Shown here: in pieces, positions 36,928 to 41,344 of the stretch
Numbering within the stretch: the stretch's first letter is position 1
How the letters are laid out: every line of letters begins with the position of its first letter
Origin: a virus
Lineage: Duplodnaviria; Heunggongvirae; Uroviricota; Caudoviricetes
Virus record (IMG/VR): IMGVR_UViG_2681813235_000001
Location: 1-41,344 of that record
DNA length: 41,344 nt
Strand: one strand, 5' to 3'
Notes under the pieces: model-generated
What the model saw: only the letters and a program-made list of their open reading frames with translations
Databases searched by the model: none
Told to the model about the DNA's origin: nothing
Translations under genes and position numbers: made by a program

Positions 36928-37529
36928 TGCATAAAGCAATATTAAATAGTGAGCTCATTGCAACAAAGGCAGGGGATGTTACCGTTTATAACTATGATGG
37001 TGAAACACGGGAATATATTTCCACTTCAAATGAATATCTTGCCGTTGGTGTCGGCATTCCGGCATGTTCCTGTTTAGATGCCCCCGGCACACATAAGGCT
37101 GGTTATGCAATCTGCCGTTCTGCAGATTTTAACTCATGGGAATATGTGCCAGATCATCGCGGTGAAATTGTCTATAGCACCGAAACAGGAGAATCAAAAG
37201 AAATCACCGCTCCGGGTGATTACCCTGAAAATACAACCACTATCGCCCTATTAACGCCATATGATAAATGGGATGGTGAGAAATGGGTGACGGATATCGA
37301 GGCACAGCATAGCGCCGCAGTAGATGCAGCAGAAGCACAGCGCCAGTCGCTGATTGATACTGCAATGGCTTCCATTAGTCTGATTCAACTGAAATTGCAG
37401 GCCGGGAGGAAGCTGACGCAGACAGAAACCACCCGACTAAACGCTGTGCTGGATTACATTGACGCGGTGACGGCAACGGATACCAGCACCGCGCCGGATG
37501 TCATCTGGCCTGAACTGCCGGAGGCGTAG
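36927..37529 (+). CDS. tail fibre assembly protein (Tfa)
   Basis: 200 aa directly after tail fibre; size and position typical. Confidence 0.65.
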   Translation: MHKAILNSELIATKAGDVTVYNYDGETREYISTSNEYLAVGVGIPACSCLDAPGTHKAGYAICRSADFNSWEYVPDHRGEIVYSTETGESKEITAPGDYPENTTTIALLTPYDKWDGEKWVTDIEAQHSAAVDAAEAQRQSLIDTAMASISLIQLKLQAGRKLTQTETTRLNAVLDYIDAVTATDTSTAPDVIWPELPEA

Positions 37530-37563
37530 GCCATTCAATATCTGTAGCACTGGAGGTAATCAG

Positions 37564-37923
37564 ATGGGTTGGTGCGATGGTACTAACAACTATAATATAA
37601 GCTTCAGTGTCGCCGTTCGTCCTTGGGGTTATCGCCATGAAAACATTGATACATGGTTTAGCCGTTACTTTTATAAAAATGCCAACAGTGCCTTAACCAG
37701 TGCCGGTGGTCGCACCAGCAATAACACCGTTTCGGGACAAGAGGCAACATACTCACCGTTTTACGGCATTACTTCTCGTGCATTTACTATCCTATCGTGT
37801 AACGGTAGAGGTAATGGCAACAACAACGTACAGAAGTTACGCACAAACGGAACACATCGCGCCCCGATATCTGTCAACCGTTCGAACCGTTGCACTCTAC
37901 AAGACGCTCATGTAGAACGCTAG
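37564..37923 (+). CDS. hypothetical protein (start uncertain)
   Basis: ORF 37498-37923 trimmed to ATG 37564 (MGWCDGTNNY...); Asn/Ser/Thr/Gly-rich; could be a remnant. Confidence 0.25.
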   Translation: MGWCDGTNNYNISFSVAVRPWGYRHENIDTWFSRYFYKNANSALTSAGGRTSNNTVSGQEATYSPFYGITSRAFTILSCNGRGNGNNNVQKLRTNGTHRAPISVNRSNRCTLQDAHVER

Positions 37924-38256
37924 GGTTGGGTGGACGCGAATACCCGCACCCAAATATTCGGTATCGATGTACAGGACCCTCGACGCCCGGCAGGATTTTT
38001 GCAATGCACTTTGGCTGAAGGATTTATTCCTTTGGTTGGGGATTATGTATGACTGCAAGTGTAAGTAGTAAGCCTCTTATTCCAGGGGGGGCTCACCCTA
38101 AGGGCTTCAACTGTCGATAGTTCTTCGGGGCTTATTGGGTCGAATTCAAACCCACAAAAAATAGTGTGGGCGCAAGACGGGACGCCATATGAAAGTATTT
38201 TAGACCGTGTATGAATCCAGTGTAATAACGCCCCGGACCCATTTAACGGAACGGAT

Positions 38257-38730
38257 TTGTACATAAAGACAATCGACTACTATCGTATGCCTGCATTGGT
38301 ATTGGGTAGCTGCGCTTATAAGTTTATGCACCAGCAGGGCACGTTCACACCTATTGTCAAGGTTGGCGCTACAACACTAACACCTACAGGCACACCACAA
38401 GGTTTTTATGAGCGTATAGGGGATACTTTTAAATGCTGGATAAATTTTTATGAGAATGGTGTTGATTTAAGAATTCTTTCTGGGCAATTCAAAATTGAGG
38501 GGTTGCCATTTGCTATAACGTCGTTAGATAGCACCACAAGCTTCCCTGTTGTTCACGCTGCATATATTAAAACAACGGCTATCGGCATGTCGGCCACAAT
38601 GTCAGGGACCACCATTAACCTCAGAAAGAATTATAGTTCTTCCTTGTTTAATGGCAGTGACTTTATCTCAAGCTTGGAGCATTTCATTAAGTTTAAAATA
38701 GAGTCCACGGTTGCAAGAACAGCAGTATAA
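38257..38730 (+). CDS. hypothetical protein (Thr/Ser-rich)
   Basis: 157-aa ORF followed by a terminator shared with the convergent acyltransferase gene. Confidence 0.35.
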   Translation: MYIKTIDYYRMPALVLGSCAYKFMHQQGTFTPIVKVGATTLTPTGTPQGFYERIGDTFKCWINFYENGVDLRILSGQFKIEGLPFAITSLDSTTSFPVVHAAYIKTTAIGMSATMSGTTINLRKNYSSSLFNGSDFISSLEHFIKFKIESTVARTAV

Positions 38731-38731
38731 T

Positions 38732-38760
38732 AAAAGCGCCCGGTTGGGCGCTTTTATTTC
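38732..38760. terminator. bidirectional intrinsic terminator between convergent genes
   Basis: AAAGCGCCC-GGTT-GGGCGCTTT flanked by A/T tracts on both sides. Confidence 0.5.
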
Positions 38761-39695
38761 TATAGCAAATACTTTACTTTGCTATTTAGCTTAACTAATA
38801 CGTAAGAAACAGGAACTAGAACCCCAATAACAAAAAGATATCGTAGTGCACTTAATTTGTCATCGTATACATAATCCTGCCCAATGAATATTATTGCGGG
38901 ATGAACTAAATAAACAGCCGTAGCAAAGGAAGATAGGTGTTTATACTTTCCAAGAATATCAATCTTCATTATGTAAGTGAACAATAACGGCGAAATAAGC
39001 AATAATGAAAACATCATATCTAATTGCTTATCTGCACCGAATAACTTCAGATTAAGATAAGATTCTGCAATCAACAATGCAAAGGCTGATGCGACTATCG
39101 GCAAGCCATAATTTTTTACATTACTTATGCCAGCTCTGCGGATAAGTAAACCAATGATCATAAATGGAAGACAGTCAAATAAGAAGTTTCTATGGGATGG
39201 GGTAAATGCAAGAACCTTTGATATAATTCCGCTGAAAACATTTAGGTTTGCAGCATATTGAAGTAAGGTGCCAGATATATATAAAATCATTGACAAAATT
39301 ATCAAGGTGCTTGCTGGTTTGCCCATCAATAAATAAAGTAGGCATCCAGCCAAGATTACTCCAGTTATATACCATAAAGCATAATAACCATTAAATATAT
39401 TTATTAGAGTAGTAACAACTCCTGCTTTACCAAGCCAAAATGGGAGGTATATAATAGACCATACGACATATAAAATAAGCATCCTGGAAATCCACTTTAT
39501 GAAGTCTTTCCCTGTTTCAATTCTAGTAAAAAAATAACCAGTTATTATAAGAAATAGAGGTACTGATAATCTAAAAATTCCGTTAACAAGGAGGTGACTT
39601 ACTGTTGTATTAAGCTCTCTAAGAATATCAAGGTGTATAAATACAACAAAAAATGCCGCAGTAACTTTTAATATATCTATTGATAGATGTCTCAT
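38760..39695 (-). CDS. acyltransferase-3 family integral membrane protein (putative O-antigen acetyltransferase, lysogenic conversion)
   Basis: Polytopic membrane protein with many hydrophobic helices, AT-rich, next to the integrase, the usual site for oac-type conversion genes; first ATG at 39695 (ORF from GTG at 39710). Confidence 0.65.
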   Translation of the reverse strand: MRHLSIDILKVTAAFFVVFIHLDILRELNTTVSHLLVNGIFRLSVPLFLIITGYFFTRIETGKDFIKWISRMLILYVVWSIIYLPFWLGKAGVVTTLINIFNGYYALWYITGVILAGCLLYLLMGKPASTLIILSMILYISGTLLQYAANLNVFSGIISKVLAFTPSHRNFLFDCLPFMIIGLLIRRAGISNVKNYGLPIVASAFALLIAESYLNLKLFGADKQLDMMFSLLLISPLLFTYIMKIDILGKYKHLSSFATAVYLVHPAIIFIGQDYVYDDKLSALRYLFVIGVLVPVSYVLVKLNSKVKYLL

Positions 39696-39708
39696 TGATA
39701 GATGTCTC
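39679..39708. repeat. perfect 15-bp tandem duplication spanning the acyltransferase start
   Basis: ATTGATAGATGTCTC at 39679-39693 repeated at 39694-39708; on the coding strand gives GTG-AGACATCTATCA / ATG-AGACATCTATCA (MRHLS-MRHLS). Confidence 0.8.
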
Positions 39709-39988
39709 ACATGCGTCTAAGAAGGAAATTGGCAGTATTTTATGAATTATGACTTTAAAATGATTAACAATCAACATATTACATCATTTGCACTAGTAGC
39801 CTTGATCATAGAATCAGCATCTGTTTGGCCTGTCGTTCACGGCATAGACATTCACAAGGTTATTTAACCAAGCGCAACTATATCTTGCCAGACAAATCAT
39901 TCTGACTGCGGTTTTGTGTTTTTTAACTTGATCGACTCCCGGCTTTAGCAATGCTGTGTATTTATTCAGTATAAATGGAGGGCGGGTT

Positions 39989-40153
39989 ATGGCACGCAGA
40001 TACGAGATACCCTGCGCTTTTACGGCAGCAATCAAATCAGAACCAAGTGGTCGCAAGATGGTGTCAACGCAGGACTTTGTAACACAGCGGGCAAAGGTCA
40101 ACAGGCACTGGTCACAAGTGAATATTTGTAGTAATTGTGACGATCATAATTAA
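39989..40153 (+). CDS. hypothetical small protein next to integrase (very uncertain)
   Basis: ATG 39989 preceded by GGAGGG at 7 nt; 54 aa; no motif recognised. Confidence 0.2.
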   Translation: MARRYEIPCAFTAAIKSEPSGRKMVSTQDFVTQRAKVNRHWSQVNICSNCDDHN

Positions 40154-40186
40154 CCTAGCATCAACTGTGACAATCCGGTGATTTAA

Positions 40187-41344
40187 TTACTCCACCTTCC
40201 CATCAAGCCAATCCGCCCACCACTGCATCATTTCTCTGCGCTTATCTAGATACTGAGCATGGTTGTAAATCCCGCGCACAGATCCGCCGTTGGCATGTGC
40301 CAGTTGCACTTCAATAGCATCAGCAGGCCATTCGTGCTCGTTCATAATCGTGCTGAATTCATGCCTGAATCCGTGACCGCTTTCCAGACCTTCATAGCCG
40401 ATTTGTTTGATCACAAGCAGTACAGCGTTCTCGCAAATTGGCTTCTTCTTATCGTTGCGCCCGGCAAAAACAAACTCTGATACTGGTTTGGTGATTGAGC
40501 TTAGCGTAGTGAGAAGTTCAACCACCTGGTCTGACATAGGAACCACATGAATTTTGCGTCCCTTCATCACACTGGCGTCGATGGTGATAATCCTGTTTTC
40601 AAAATCGACGTTCTTCCATTGCATGGAACGAAGCTCTTTCGTTCTTAGGGCGGTGTAGCGTAAAATTTTAGTAGCAATGAGCGATACGATACTTCCTGAA
40701 AATGTTGCCAGTGCTTTGTTGAATGCCGGGATCTGGTCTGCAGGAAGAAACGGGAAGTTCTTCTTGCGGTATCCCTTCATGGCGTCAGCAAGGTCAGGTG
40801 CCGGGTTATATTTAGCCCTACCGGTGACAATAGCGTAACGGAAAACCTCGCCGCATCTTCTGCGGGCTTTGTTGGCTCGCTCCATTGCACCGCGATCTTC
40901 AAATCTGCGGATTACTTCCAGCAGTTGCATCGGCTCAATATCCTGAATTTCAATGCCGCCGATGATAGGTAAAATGTCGTCATCAAACATTTTGGCAAGT
41001 TCAGTTGCATAGCCTACTGACCAGACTTGCTTCTTGTGCTCGTACCATTCCTTGTAAATCGCACTAAAGGAATTGTTGTTAGACGAAGCCTTTTTCGCCT
41101 TTACCGGATCGATGCCGACCGAGATGTCTTTCCTCGCAGTCCATGCTTTATCCCTTGCCTCTTGCAAAGTCATAAGCGGATATTTTCCGACGGTCAGGAT
41201 TTTCTCCTTACCGTCAATCTTGTAGCGAAGCTGCCATACCTTTTTCCCTGACACAGGGACATAAAGGTACAGGCCATTACCATCGAGAAGGCGGTATGGT
41301 TTTTCTTTCGGCTTTGCTGCTTCAATCTGCTTAACGGTGAGCAT
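40187..41344 (-). CDS. tyrosine integrase, P4-like family
   Basis: 385 aa; N-terminal MLTVKQIEAAKPKEKPYRLLDGNGLYLYV...GKKVWQLRY typical of P4-type integrase arm-binding domains; C-terminal HGFRHEFST...H..G...Y region consistent with the tyrosine-recombinase catalytic domain; start codon is the last 3 nt of the window. Confidence 0.85.
   Translation of the reverse strand: MLTVKQIEAAKPKEKPYRLLDGNGLYLYVPVSGKKVWQLRYKIDGKEKILTVGKYPLMTLQEARDKAWTARKDISVGIDPVKAKKASSNNNSFSAIYKEWYEHKKQVWSVGYATELAKMFDDDILPIIGGIEIQDIEPMQLLEVIRRFEDRGAMERANKARRRCGEVFRYAIVTGRAKYNPAPDLADAMKGYRKKNFPFLPADQIPAFNKALATFSGSIVSLIATKILRYTALRTKELRSMQWKNVDFENRIITIDASVMKGRKIHVVPMSDQVVELLTTLSSITKPVSEFVFAGRNDKKKPICENAVLLVIKQIGYEGLESGHGFRHEFSTIMNEHEWPADAIEVQLAHANGGSVRGIYNHAQYLDKRREMMQWWADWLDGKVE

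Noticed and set aside
37530-38760. Possible Mu G-segment-like invertible tail-fibre cassette
   Set aside because: No serine invertase (Gin/Pin-like) gene, no inverted copies of the tail-fibre C-terminus or Tfa, and no flanking inverted repeats seen; both ORFs are on the plus strand.
1-41344. CRISPR array, rRNA or intact tRNA genes
   Set aside because: No spaced direct-repeat arrays and no cloverleaf-compatible sequences were seen; the only repeats are the O iterons, the operator motifs, the ~120-bp nin-region direct repeats and the 15-bp tandem duplication.

Overview
The window is almost entirely one lambdoid prophage on a mosaic backbone, with complete genes at both ends (AlpA-like gene stop at 1-3, integrase start codon at 41342-41344). 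All calls rest on reading the supplied ORF translations and the raw sequence by eye; no searches were run, and GC content was judged qualitatively. Layout, left to right: (1) a leftward early-left operon (1-5200, minus strand) with an AlpA/Xis-like gene, small Ea-region genes, a TraR/DksA zinc-finger protein and lambda-type Exo, Bet and Gam; (2) an immunity region (5200-8260) with a CI-like repressor, operator-like repeats on both sides and a Cro-like gene; (3) a rightward replication and nin region (8283-15640) with a YdaT-like protein, O with ori iterons, P, NinB, YbcO, RusA, YlcG and a Q-like antiterminator; (4) a lysis cassette (holin, R endolysin, Rz/Rz1); (5) HK97-type packaging and head genes (HNH, TerS, TerL, portal, protease, major capsid, connectors); (6) a Mu-like contractile tail and baseplate (sheath, tube, frameshifted chaperone, tape measure, N/P/gp45-48 homologues, tail fibre and Tfa); (7) an acyltransferase-3 membrane protein and a P4-type tyrosine integrase at the right end. 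The best candidate for an undescribed system is a three-gene cassette sitting exactly where lambda carries rexA/rexB, immediately downstream of the repressor: an unknown 153-aa protein, a translationally coupled Hanks-type protein kinase, and an unlisted 54-aa Lys/Ser-rich ORF that ends at an intrinsic terminator. The second candidate is an AT-rich cargo module in the nin region (Bro-N protein, atypical HEPN protein with an overlapping unknown partner) bracketed by ~120-bp direct repeats whose hairpins show a compensatory base change. Further AT-rich cargo genes sit at classical moron positions (after P, after Rz/Rz1, between TerL and portal, between tape measure and baseplate).
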